Source: Candidatus Woesearchaeota archaeon
Lineage (GTDB): Archaea; Nanobdellota; Nanobdellia; Woesearchaeales; UBA583
Direction of reading: 5' to 3'
Assembly: GCA_965205335.1 (NCBI GenBank)
Contig: OZ242164.1
Location: 384,001 to 448,000 of the forward strand
Length of the DNA: 64,000 bases
The position numbers were made by a program, and so were the translations under genes. Of the stretch, positions 10,007-20,545 are shown one piece after another (position 1 is the stretch's first letter; each line of letters begins with the position of its first letter). The notes below the pieces were generated by a model. It was not told where the DNA came from, did no database searches, and worked only from the letters and a program-made list of their open reading frames with translations.

Positions 10007-13000
10007 ATGGAGCAAAAAAAATTGTCACAACATAAGGTATTAAGGGCAACTTGGATATTATTTCTATTTGTTGTTTTGGCTGGACTGGCAAGCAGTTTAG
10101 CATGGGGTCAACAAGCCCCTACTTTTAATCAGAGTGAGTACCATTTCACTCTCGATGAGAATGCAGACGGAAGTTTATTCCCTGTAAATGTCGGTCGTGT
10201 AAATGCTACTGACCCTGAAAATGGCTCAGTGACATATTCTATTGATCTCAGCTCTATTAATGAAGAAGTTCTATTTGAAATTAATCCATCAACCGGTATA
10301 ATTACATATATTGGTGAAGGGGAAGATTATGATGAAGGAACACAAGAATATACCTTAAATGTTGTGGCGAGAGATAATGAAAATAAGATTGCAACAGCAG
10401 AAGTAATAGTTAATATTAATAATATTGATGAAGTTCCTGTTTTCAACCAGAGTTCATATACATTTTCCCTTGACGAGAATGAGGAGAATGTCCCCCTTGG
10501 TAATGTGGACGCTGAAGACCCTGAGAATGAACATGTAGAATACTTAATTATTTCCCCTAACTCTCTATTTAGTATTGAAACTACAAATGGAGACATTAGA
10601 TATACTGGAAATGGGGAGAACTATGAAACAAAAAATCAATATATCTTAACAATTGTTGCATATGAACGAGATAACAACTTAAGCATTTCCACTGCAAACG
10701 TTATTATTAACATTACAGATGTAAATGAAGCCCCAGAATTCAACCAGAGTTCATACACATTTACCCTTGACGAAAATTTAGATGGTAGTTCAAACCCTGT
10801 AAATGTTGGAAAAGTAAAGGCAACCGACCCTGACGCCGATAGTACTCTAACATACTCCATCACAGTAGGCGACACGAATAAATTTAACATTAACTCATCT
10901 AATGGAGAAATTACATATATAGGAAGTGGGGAAGACCATGAAACAGATAACCTATACACTTTAACAGTTAAGGTAAGTGATGGAAAAAACGAAGTTGATA
11001 ACAGAGTTAACATTAACATTAATAACTTAAATGAGATTCCTGCTTTCAGTCAGAATGCCTACTCTTTCATCCTTAGGGAGAATTCTGAGGGTAGTACTAT
11101 ACCTGTTGATAAAGTAACTGCAACTGATCCGGATGACACAGATACAATAACATATTCCATCCTATTAGGTGATAAAAATAAATTTAATATTTCATCAGAA
11201 ACAGGAGATATTACATATATAGGAGAAGGGGAAGACTATGAAAGTGACATTAGAGGTTATTTTCTAATTATAAAAGCAACAGATAATAATAATGCTACAT
11301 CAAATGCAATAGTAAATATAAAGATTGAAGATGATACAAGTGATGATAGAATTTTAAAATTTGACAGAAGTAAATATGTATTTAACATTGATGAAAATTT
11401 AAACGGTAGTTCAACATCTGTGGATGTTGGAAGAGTAACAGCCGCAGGAGGCACAGGTTCTTTCACATACGCTATCCAAGAAGGTGACACAGACAAATTT
11501 GCTATTGACTCAGGAAATGGAAATATTACTTACATCGAAAGTGGAGAAGATTATGAAAGTGGAGATATCCAATATAACTTACTGATTAATGTAAGTGATG
11601 GAGAAAACAACGTTACTACAAATGTTGTAATTGACATAAACAATTTAGATGAGAATCCTCTGCTCTTCAATAAAGAAACATATAACTTCACTCTTAGCGA
11701 AAATGTTAATGGAAGTGGGACTCCTGTGGATGTTGGTAGTGTAACTGCTACTAATTACAATAACGATCAAGTAAAATATCTAAGTATTACTACCGACACT
11801 CCATTTGAAATTAATCCTTCAACAGGAGCTATTACATATACTGGAAGCGGGGAAGACTACGAAAGTGTAACAAAACACTATGACTTAATAATCGCTGCAT
11901 ACAGAGAAAATAACAGTTCAGATGTTGCCACTACAAATATTGTAATTAACATAACAGATTTAAATGAAACTCCTGCTTTCAATCAAAGTTCATACACATT
12001 TTCTCTTGACGAGAATGCAGACGGAAGTTCAACACCAGTAGATGTTGGAAGTGTATCTGCCACTGACCCTGAAACAGATACAGTAACTTACTACATCAAT
12101 GATGACACCCTATTTAACATTGATTCATCAACAGGAGTTATTACATATAATGGAAGCGGAGAAGACTACGAAAGTAGAACAAAACAATACAGTTTAGAAA
12201 TCACAGCAGGAGATGGATTAAGTAATACAACTGCTGATTTTACAATTAATATCAATAACATAGATGAAACTCCAGTTTTCAAAAAAGATTCATACACATT
12301 CAGCATTAATGAGAATGTGAACGCAAGTTCAAACCCTGTGAATATTGGAACAGTAGAAGCAACTGATGCTGATGAAAATGATAACATAACATACTCTATT
12401 TCCGTAGGGGACACCAATAAATTCAATATTAATTCATCAGCAGGTGTTATCACATATATTGGGGAAGGGGAAGACTACGAAACATTCCCTAAGAACTATT
12501 CCTTAATTGTTTCCGCAAGCGATGGAGTAAACAGAGCAGACATCATAGTAACAGTTACAATTGCGGACTTAAATGATGGAGGATTTAGATTTGAAAGCAG
12601 TAGTTACATATTTAGCCTTGATGAGAACTTAGATGGCAGTGAAGATCCAGAAAATGTCGGCAGAATAAGTACAGTTAATGGTGTTAGTTCTGTGACATAC
12701 TCTATTACAAGAGGTAATACTAATGATAAATTCAGCATTGGTTCAGATGGAATTATTAATTATACCGGAAGCGGAGAAGATTACGAAAGTAGAACAAAAA
12801 GATATACTCTAACAATTAGTGCAAATGACGGAGATAAGACCATTACTACAAATGTTGTTATTAATATTAACAATTTGAATGATGAGGGAGAATTTGGATT
12901 TGAGAGAGAGGTGTATGTATTCTTCCTTGAAGAGAACGCTAATGGAGTCAACATCGGAAACGTTAGTACTAATGATGTTGTCGTTAACGGATTTGATAGA

Positions 13001-16000
13001 TACGATATTGTGGGAGGTGACTCCAATAAATTTAGCATTGATTCATTAACTGGGGCTATTACATACAATGGAGGTGGGGAAGACTATGAAAGTGATACAA
13101 AACAATATAATCTGCAAGTTAATGCAAGTTATTTTAATGAAAGTAATGAGAGAAATCAAGTTACTACAACTGTTGTAGTTAATATTAAAGATTTGGATGA
13201 TAACTCCCTTGTTTTCAATCAGAGTTCATACACATTTACTTTTGACGAGAATTTAGATGGTAGTTCAGACCCTCAAGATGTTGGAAGTGTAACCGCTGAA
13301 ATCCCAATATCTGGAACAGCTAATGGTTACCTAATTCTATCTCACACTAACCTATTTAACGTTACATCAGGAGGTAATGTTGTATATATCGGAGAAGGAG
13401 AAAACTATGAAAGTGGAACAATCCAATATGACTTAACAATTGTAGCATACATAGATGAGGACAGATCAAATGCCGCTACTGCAAATGTTGTAGTTAATAT
13501 TAATAACGTAAATGAAACGCCTTTCTTCAACCAGAGTTCATACACATTTACTCTTGATGAGAATTTAAATGGTAGTTTAAACCCTATAAATGTTGGAGGA
13601 GTAAAAGCAGCTGATAATGATACGAATGATGTCATAACATACTCCTTCATATCAGGACATGGTGATTTATTTAACATTAACTCATCCAATGGAGAAATTA
13701 CATATATAGGAAGTGGGGAGGATTATGAAAGAAGAACAAACCCACAATACATTTTAACAGTTAGGGCAAGCGATGGCATAAATAATGCTGACACAGATGT
13801 TGATATTAACATTACCGATTTAAATGAAATCCCTGCTTTCGAACTGAAAGTCTATTCTTCCACCCTTGCTGAGAATAGGGATGGAAGTGAAACTCCTGTT
13901 GATATTAGAACAGTAACTGCAACTGATCCAGACGGCAGAGAAGATACAATAACATATTCTATCCTGTTAGGTGATACAAATAAATTCAACATTTCATCAG
14001 AAAACGGACAAATTACATACATAGGAGATGGGGAAGACTATGAAAGAGATATCAGAAATTACGTTTTAGTTATAAAAGCAACAGATAATAAAAGTTCAGT
14101 CAATGCCATAGTAAAAATTGAACTTACAGACATTCAAAATGACAATGAACCTCTGAGATTTGGGGAAACTGAATATGTATTTAACATTGATGAGAACGCC
14201 GATGAAAGTGAAACTCCTGTATCTGTTGGAACAGTAACTGCTATAGAAGGCGCAGGTTCTCCCACATACGCTATCCACGAGGGTGATACAGACAAATTTG
14301 ATATTGATTCAAGAAATGGACTTATTACTTATATCGGATATGGGGAAGATTATGAAAGTGGAACAATCCAGTATAACTTAAAGATTAACGCAAGTGATGG
14401 TGAAGACTATGTTATTGTAAACGTTGTAGTTGATATTAATGACTTAAACGACAATCCATTAACTTTCAGGCAGAGAATGTACAATTTCAACCTTAGCGAG
14501 AATGATGATGGTAGTTCAACTCCTGTTGATATTGGAAGTGTAACTGCTACTGATTACAATAATGATCAATTGATATACTTCATCATTTCCCCTAATACCA
14601 AATTCGTTGTTGATTCTGCAACAGGAGATATAACATACACAGGAAGAGGAGAGAATTATGAAAGTGAGATCAAACAACATAATTTAATAATTGTAGCATA
14701 CTTAGAAGATGATAACACAAGCATTACATCCACAAATGTTGAAGTTAACATTACTGACTTAAACGAAACTCCTGTCTTCAATCAGAGTTCATACACATTT
14801 ACTCTTGACGAGAATTTAGATGGTAGTTCAGACCCTCAAGATGTTGGAAGTGTATCTGCTACTGACCCTGAAACTGATACAATAACTTACTCTATTAATG
14901 AAGGGACTCCATTTGAAATTGACTCAGATGGAGCCATTACATATACTGGAAGCGGGGAAGATTACGAAAGTGAAACTAAACAACATGATTTAAAAATTAC
15001 AGCAAGTGATGGAGTAAGAGATGCTACTGTAGATGTTACTGTTAAAATTAATAATCAAGATGATAATGTCCTTGTTTTCAAAGAAAGTTCATACACATTC
15101 GGTGTTAATGAAAATCTAAATGGAAGTTCAAATCCTGTAAAAGTTGGAACAGTAGAAGCAGATGACGCCGACGGCGAAGATTACAATGTAACTTACTCAA
15201 TTTCAGTAGGAGATACCAATAAATTTAACATCAACTCATCAACAGGAGTTATTACATATATAGGAGAAGGTGAAGACTACGAAACACCTCCAAGCAATTA
15301 TACTTTGATTGTTATTGGAAGTGATACCCAGACTACAGACAATACTATAGTAACAATCGTAATTAGAGATGTGAAAGATCAAGGATTCAGATTTGAGGAA
15401 CTTGAGTATGCATTTAACATTGACGAGAATGTGGATGGAAGTACAACACCTGTAAATATCGGCAATGCAAAAGCTATAGAGGGAAGTGGTACCCCTACAT
15501 ACTCCATCTCAGAAGGAGACACTAATAAATTCAGAATAAATTCAAGAAACGGGAATATTACATACATCGGAAGTGGGGAAGATCACGAGAGTGAAACTAA
15601 ACAATATAACCTTACTATTATGGCAAAAGATGGAACGGATAATGCCACAGTAAAAGTAGTAGTTAATATTAATGATTTATATGATAACCCAATTGTTTTC
15701 AATCAGGACTTATACACATTCACTCTTGACGAGAATGAAGATGGTAGTTCAACTCGTGTAGATGTTGGAACTGTAACTGCTACCGATGGTGACAGTACTT
15801 CAAATCCTCTTGCATATACCATAGAAGAAGGAGATATAAGCAAGTTTTTCATCAACAGACAAAGTGGAGTTATCTCATATATTGGAAGTGGAGAAGATTA
15901 CGAAAGCGAAACAATACAATACAATCTAACTGTTAGGGCAAATGATGGAAAGAACACTACAACAGCAAAAGTAGTAATCAACATTAATAATTTAGATGAT

Positions 16001-19000
16001 AACTCTCTTGCCTTCAATCAGAGTTCATACACATTTTCTCTTGATGAGAATGAAGATGGAAGTTCAACAGCAGTTCCTGTTGACAGTGTAAATGCTGCTG
16101 ATATTGACGATTCTTCAAGTACTATTGCATATACAATAAAGGAAGGTGATACAAGCAAATTTGCTATCAACAGATTAAGTGGGGCTATCTCATACATTGG
16201 AAATGGGGAAGATTACGAAAGTGGAGTAACTTCATATGAATTAACCGTTAAAGCAAGTGATTGGTTAAATGAAGTTACTGCAAATGTTATTGTTAATATC
16301 AATAACTTAAATGAATCCCCTGCTTTCGAAAAGAATATCTATACTTTCACCCTTGATGAGAACCTAGATGGAAGTTCAACACCAATATCTATCGGAAATA
16401 TTAGTGCCACTGACCCAGAAGATGACTCACTGACATACCACCTTGTTAGTGAGCAGGTTCCATTTGTTGTTAATCCTCTAAATGGAAACATTCAATATAT
16501 CGGAAGCGGTGAGGATCATGAAACAAAAGACGAATATAACCTAACTGTTAGGGCAAGTGATGACATAAATAACGCCACTTCTAATGTTCTGGTTATTATC
16601 TTTGACTCAAATGAATTCTCTGTTGTTTTCGTACCTAATAGCAGTTATGTATTCACTCTTAACGAGAATGAGGATGGAAGTGTGACTCCTGTTTTCGTTG
16701 GAAATGTAACCGCTACTGATAAAGATAGTACAAGTGAGATACAATATTCAATCTTTATAGGAGATACAAATAAATTTAATATCAATTCGTCAACTGGTGA
16801 AATCACATATATTGGAGAGGGGGAAGATTACGAAAGTGGAACAATCCAGTATAGTCTAACAATTGAAGCAAGTGATAATGGAAACAGAGGTATTGCCGAA
16901 GTTACTATTAATATCATTGAAATAGATGGAGTCCTTGAGTTCTCAGATGATAGTTATACATTCACCCTTAATGAGAATGCAGATGGTAGTTCAAACCCAG
17001 TAGATGTTGGCACAGTAAGTGCAGGTGACTCCGACTCCACAGAAGATATTACTTATTCCATTACAAAAGGTGATACAGATAAATTTAACATTGATTCAGA
17101 AACAGGAGAGATTACATATGTTGGAGATGGAGAAGATTATGAGAGTGGAGTAACCCAGTATGAATTAACAGTTAAAGCAAGTGTTAGAACAACAGAAGTT
17201 ACTGCTGATGTTACTATTAATATTAACAACCTAAATGATGGAAGTGAGTTTGGATTTGAGAGAAGTTCATATGTATTCAGCCTTGATGAAAATGCAGATG
17301 GCAGTACAAACCCTGTAAACATTGGAACAGTAAATGCAATTAACAATAATGGTGATATAACATACTCAATCTCCTCAGGTGACACAAACAAATTTAACAT
17401 TAATTCATCAAGCGGAGCTATTACATACACAGGAAGCGGAGAAGACTATGAAAGTCAGACTAAACAATATACTCTAACAGTTACTGCATCAGATGATAAT
17501 GATGAAATAACTACTGATGTTACCATTAATATTAATAATTTAAATGATGTAATCAATGAGCCACCAGTAGCAAGAGATGATGAAATTGAAATAATCTCAG
17601 GGGATACTACAAGTGTTCTATCTAATGGAAAGACAAGTGTGAGAGACAACGATGAAGATGAGGACAACTTGAATTCCCAATTAACTGTAACTCTAATCAA
17701 CGATGCAAGTCATGGAAATCTAACACTTAATGAAAACGGAACCTTCACATATATGCACTATGGTAATAGTACAACCGATGATAGCTTTAGATATAGTATT
17801 AGCGATGGTATTAATGGTAGCAGTGCAACGGTTACAATTTCAGTGCAGGAGGACACATCACCTCCTACTGTCAATATAACAAGTCCTGCTAACGGATCAT
17901 CCACAACAGATACTACCCCAGAAATATCCTTTATAGCGATGGATAACACATCCCCAGAAGCCTTTAAGTCATTAAAATTCAAAGTATTTGTAGACAACAA
18001 TACACTAGTAAGGGAGGAAGTCGGAAACAGCAATACAACAATATCCTATAATCTCTCTGCGTTATCAATAGGTAGCCATACATTTTGGGTTGAAGCAACT
18101 GATCCTGCCGGAAATTCAAAGAACTCATCTAATGTAACAATTAACATTAACAGAGCCACAACCTCTTCATCCTCATCAGGAGGGGGAGGCGGTGGAAGTA
18201 GTAGTGGAACTCGTTTAGATGAAGGAGATCCAGAAGAATTTAGAATAAGAAGTGGAGGCTCAAGCGTTGATTTAATTGAAGTAGAAGCAAATGAGAGAGT
18301 AAACAACGTAAAAATAAAGGCAAAGAAACTTACAAGACTTCCGTCCTCAGTAGATGAAACCCCTAGCGGACAGATATATGAGTATATAGATATAACTGCA
18401 AGTAGATTAGATGATGATGAAATTGCTGATGCTACAATTGAATTTATTGTAGACAAAGATTGGTTATCAGACAATGAATTTGATAAAGAAGATGTGGTGC
18501 TATTAAGATATGATGAAGAAGATGATGAATGGGAAGAACTTGATACCGAGGTAATTGGGGAAAGTGCAATAGAAGTTAGATATTCTGCAGATACTTCAGG
18601 ATTTTCAACTTTTGCTATAGTAGCAATAAAGAAACCTAAGACTGAAACAACACAGATATCAGTTGTTACAACACAACAACCCACTCCAACTAAAACAGAA
18701 CCAGTTGAAAAAACTCCTGAACCAGTTGAAACAACACCAGAACCTACTCCAACCCCTACTAAAACAACACCTACAAGTACAGATACTTCATCTTTCAACA
18801 ACCTCCTTATAATCATACCTTTGATTGTAGTGACATTTGTAGTATTAATAATTGCAGTATCTATAATAATTAGAAAATCCCTGAGTAGACGTTCTGGAGT
18901 AAAAATAAGAAAAAAGATAAGACCTCCTGTTCAATCCCCTACTATCTCACTGGAAAGATCTAGATCGGTTCCAACTCCGATGTCAGTTCAACCTCCTAAG

Positions 19001-19594
19001 AGATATGTAGAACAAAGGATACCAAGACAAAGAAGAACCACACCAGTTCCAATAATTGTCCTAGTAGCAATAGGAATAATATTAGTTCTTGGAGTTGTAT
19101 ATCAAATCTTCTCCACAGAATCTACTGAGGCATCACCTTTAGAAGGCATAAGCATAGGTATAAATTCACTTGTCTTCTTCTCTTTGGTTGTAGTGTTGGT
19201 ATTAATATTTGTACTTGCCTTTAAGATTATTAAGGAGAACTCATATGAACATCCGAGAAGAAAAATCAAACAATATATGAAACCAAAGCCAAGGCCATCT
19301 CCTACACTCTCCTCTACACTTAGAGCAAGAAGTGGTGCTAAGCACTATTCATCAAAAACAATTCCAATAATATCATTAATGTTGGGTGTATTAATAATAC
19401 TGATACTTGCAATTGGAGTATATATTATTTCCACTGCAAGTTTTAATATGTTTTCCGCTGAAAATATGAACACTATACTGTTCATCTTCTTGATTATAGT
19501 GATGATTGTAATATTTGGAGTAGGATATAAATACAAAGTATTTAGTGAACTCCTATTTGGAAAGAGCAACACTCAAAGAAGCAAACTCTTGTAA
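10007..19594 (+). CDS. Giant cell-surface adhesin paralog: ~24 cadherin-like repeats, Ig-like domains, PGF-pre-PGF domain, Pro/Thr linker, ~5 C-terminal TM helices
   Basis: 24 E(D/N)(Y/H)(E/D) motifs counted. The C-terminal Ig and PGF-pre-PGF regions closely resemble 3714-9563, and the N-terminus is similar (MEQKKLSQHKVLR vs MERKNLPQNKVLR). Confidence 0.9.
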   Translation: MEQKKLSQHKVLRATWILFLFVVLAGLASSLAWGQQAPTFNQSEYHFTLDENADGSLFPVNVGRVNATDPENGSVTYSIDLSSINEEVLFEINPSTGIITYIGEGEDYDEGTQEYTLNVVARDNENKIATAEVIVNINNIDEVPVFNQSSYTFSLDENEENVPLGNVDAEDPENEHVEYLIISPNSLFSIETTNGDIRYTGNGENYETKNQYILTIVAYERDNNLSISTANVIINITDVNEAPEFNQSSYTFTLDENLDGSSNPVNVGKVKATDPDADSTLTYSITVGDTNKFNINSSNGEITYIGSGEDHETDNLYTLTVKVSDGKNEVDNRVNININNLNEIPAFSQNAYSFILRENSEGSTIPVDKVTATDPDDTDTITYSILLGDKNKFNISSETGDITYIGEGEDYESDIRGYFLIIKATDNNNATSNAIVNIKIEDDTSDDRILKFDRSKYVFNIDENLNGSSTSVDVGRVTAAGGTGSFTYAIQEGDTDKFAIDSGNGNITYIESGEDYESGDIQYNLLINVSDGENNVTTNVVIDINNLDENPLLFNKETYNFTLSENVNGSGTPVDVGSVTATNYNNDQVKYLSITTDTPFEINPSTGAITYTGSGEDYESVTKHYDLIIAAYRENNSSDVATTNIVINITDLNETPAFNQSSYTFSLDENADGSSTPVDVGSVSATDPETDTVTYYINDDTLFNIDSSTGVITYNGSGEDYESRTKQYSLEITAGDGLSNTTADFTININNIDETPVFKKDSYTFSINENVNASSNPVNIGTVEATDADENDNITYSISVGDTNKFNINSSAGVITYIGEGEDYETFPKNYSLIVSASDGVNRADIIVTVTIADLNDGGFRFESSSYIFSLDENLDGSEDPENVGRISTVNGVSSVTYSITRGNTNDKFSIGSDGIINYTGSGEDYESRTKRYTLTISANDGDKTITTNVVININNLNDEGEFGFEREVYVFFLEENANGVNIGNVSTNDVVVNGFDRYDIVGGDSNKFSIDSLTGAITYNGGGEDYESDTKQYNLQVNASYFNESNERNQVTTTVVVNIKDLDDNSLVFNQSSYTFTFDENLDGSSDPQDVGSVTAEIPISGTANGYLILSHTNLFNVTSGGNVVYIGEGENYESGTIQYDLTIVAYIDEDRSNAATANVVVNINNVNETPFFNQSSYTFTLDENLNGSLNPINVGGVKAADNDTNDVITYSFISGHGDLFNINSSNGEITYIGSGEDYERRTNPQYILTVRASDGINNADTDVDINITDLNEIPAFELKVYSSTLAENRDGSETPVDIRTVTATDPDGREDTITYSILLGDTNKFNISSENGQITYIGDGEDYERDIRNYVLVIKATDNKSSVNAIVKIELTDIQNDNEPLRFGETEYVFNIDENADESETPVSVGTVTAIEGAGSPTYAIHEGDTDKFDIDSRNGLITYIGYGEDYESGTIQYNLKINASDGEDYVIVNVVVDINDLNDNPLTFRQRMYNFNLSENDDGSSTPVDIGSVTATDYNNDQLIYFIISPNTKFVVDSATGDITYTGRGENYESEIKQHNLIIVAYLEDDNTSITSTNVEVNITDLNETPVFNQSSYTFTLDENLDGSSDPQDVGSVSATDPETDTITYSINEGTPFEIDSDGAITYTGSGEDYESETKQHDLKITASDGVRDATVDVTVKINNQDDNVLVFKESSYTFGVNENLNGSSNPVKVGTVEADDADGEDYNVTYSISVGDTNKFNINSSTGVITYIGEGEDYETPPSNYTLIVIGSDTQTTDNTIVTIVIRDVKDQGFRFEELEYAFNIDENVDGSTTPVNIGNAKAIEGSGTPTYSISEGDTNKFRINSRNGNITYIGSGEDHESETKQYNLTIMAKDGTDNATVKVVVNINDLYDNPIVFNQDLYTFTLDENEDGSSTRVDVGTVTATDGDSTSNPLAYTIEEGDISKFFINRQSGVISYIGSGEDYESETIQYNLTVRANDGKNTTTAKVVININNLDDNSLAFNQSSYTFSLDENEDGSSTAVPVDSVNAADIDDSSSTIAYTIKEGDTSKFAINRLSGAISYIGNGEDYESGVTSYELTVKASDWLNEVTANVIVNINNLNESPAFEKNIYTFTLDENLDGSSTPISIGNISATDPEDDSLTYHLVSEQVPFVVNPLNGNIQYIGSGEDHETKDEYNLTVRASDDINNATSNVLVIIFDSNEFSVVFVPNSSYVFTLNENEDGSVTPVFVGNVTATDKDSTSEIQYSIFIGDTNKFNINSSTGEITYIGEGEDYESGTIQYSLTIEASDNGNRGIAEVTINIIEIDGVLEFSDDSYTFTLNENADGSSNPVDVGTVSAGDSDSTEDITYSITKGDTDKFNIDSETGEITYVGDGEDYESGVTQYELTVKASVRTTEVTADVTININNLNDGSEFGFERSSYVFSLDENADGSTNPVNIGTVNAINNNGDITYSISSGDTNKFNINSSSGAITYTGSGEDYESQTKQYTLTVTASDDNDEITTDVTININNLNDVINEPPVARDDEIEIISGDTTSVLSNGKTSVRDNDEDEDNLNSQLTVTLINDASHGNLTLNENGTFTYMHYGNSTTDDSFRYSISDGINGSSATVTISVQEDTSPPTVNITSPANGSSTTDTTPEISFIAMDNTSPEAFKSLKFKVFVDNNTLVREEVGNSNTTISYNLSALSIGSHTFWVEATDPAGNSKNSSNVTININRATTSSSSSGGGGGGSSSGTRLDEGDPEEFRIRSGGSSVDLIEVEANERVNNVKIKAKKLTRLPSSVDETPSGQIYEYIDITASRLDDDEIADATIEFIVDKDWLSDNEFDKEDVVLLRYDEEDDEWEELDTEVIGESAIEVRYSADTSGFSTFAIVAIKKPKTETTQISVVTTQQPTPTKTEPVEKTPEPVETTPEPTPTPTKTTPTSTDTSSFNNLLIIIPLIVVTFVVLIIAVSIIIRKSLSRRSGVKIRKKIRPPVQSPTISLERSRSVPTPMSVQPPKRYVEQRIPRQRRTTPVPIIVLVAIGIILVLGVVYQIFSTESTEASPLEGISIGINSLVFFSLVVVLVLIFVLAFKIIKENSYEHPRRKIKQYMKPKPRPSPTLSSTLRARSGAKHYSSKTIPIISLMLGVLIILILAIGVYIISTASFNMFSAENMNTILFIFLIIVMIVIFGVGYKYKVFSELLFGKSNTQRSKLL

Positions 19595-19770
19595 ATCTTT
19601 GATTGTTGAAATAAATTAAAGGGTGCAATACCCAAATACCTTATTCTTCTTTGATAAAATCATAAACCATCCCAGTATCTATTTAGGAACTAATCTTATC
19701 TTTTAATACAAATTTTTAATTTAATGGAACCAAACAAATAGGGTACTGTAACAAAATAGGTACTTTTTAT

Positions 19771-20199
19771 TTAAAAACAAATATTTAATGAATTATCTAT
19801 TGTATTATATATTAATACTAAACCTTTCAGCATATCTCTTCCTAATAAGCCATGTATATTTTGATTTTTTGATTTAGTACCTGTAAATGATCTCTCATAA
19901 CTAAGATTTAATTCTGGAACAATAACTCTTAAATGATAAACATTAGCTTCATATGATTCACAAGATGGTGTTGAAATTTTTTGTTTTCTGATAGGTTTAA
20001 GTCCTAATTTTTTTGGAATTTCTTCATCAATGCAACTATGACTTGCTCCTGTGTCTACAAGAATGGGTAGGGGACCAATTGGTTCTTTTTTTCTTCCTTT
20101 TGATGTAATCTTTTCTAAATTTAAAGGAACTGCAAATAAAATATTAATTAATGGTCCTGAATCAGTAATGTTAGGATATTTTACATTAAGAGTAGCCAC
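19771..20199 (-). CDS. Retropepsin-like (clan AA) aspartyl protease
   Basis: ILVDTGASHSCI and GLLGRDML motifs. Confidence 0.85.
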   Translation of the reverse strand: MATLNVKYPNITDSGPLINILFAVPLNLEKITSKGRKKEPIGPLPILVDTGASHSCIDEEIPKKLGLKPIRKQKISTPSCESYEANVYHLRVIVPELNLSYERSFTGTKSKNQNIHGLLGRDMLKGLVLIYNTIDNSLNICF

Positions 20200-20200
20200 T

Positions 20201-20440
20201 TTAATTAAGAATTAGTAAATCATTAGCATAATTATATTTTTCCTCTATGATTTCAATTTTCTTTACTAAAAACTCTTCTTCTCCAAATTTTTCATATCCT
20301 GAATTTACAGCGTCAAGTTCAGTATCATAACTTCCAATAATATCATTACCTTTAATTAAAACAAATTTTCCTTTATCACTTTTCAAAAGCTCTTCTTTAT
20401 TTTTTTCAAAAGTTTCTGTCTCTTTATCAAGATATTTCAT
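20201..20440 (-). CDS. DUF5678-like small protein co-transcribed with the aspartyl protease
   Basis: KGKFVLIKGNDIIGSYDTELDAVNSGYEKFG pattern; 1 nt from the downstream gene. Confidence 0.65.
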   Translation of the reverse strand: MKYLDKETETFEKNKEELLKSDKGKFVLIKGNDIIGSYDTELDAVNSGYEKFGEEEFLVKKIEIIEEKYNYANDLLILN

Positions 20441-20545
20441 AACATTATTAAAACTTACTCATTTATTGAGTTGTTAAGTTAGAGGGGTATAAATTAGTGA
20501 ACTTATAGAAAAATTTATAAAAAAAGTAAATGTCCATATATAATT

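Noticed and set aside
5672-19572. Many minus-strand ORFs within the adhesin genes, and similar antisense ORFs within srp54, dut, polC, the S-layer gene, aspS and 63620-63988
   Set aside because: They are antisense shadows of well-supported genes, lacking stops because of codon bias, with no independent motifs.
3714-19594. Adhesin repeats as a CRISPR array or DGR template/variable repeats
   Set aside because: The repeats are in-frame ~103-aa protein domains, no adenine-specific mismatch pattern is apparent, and there is no reverse transcriptase in the window.
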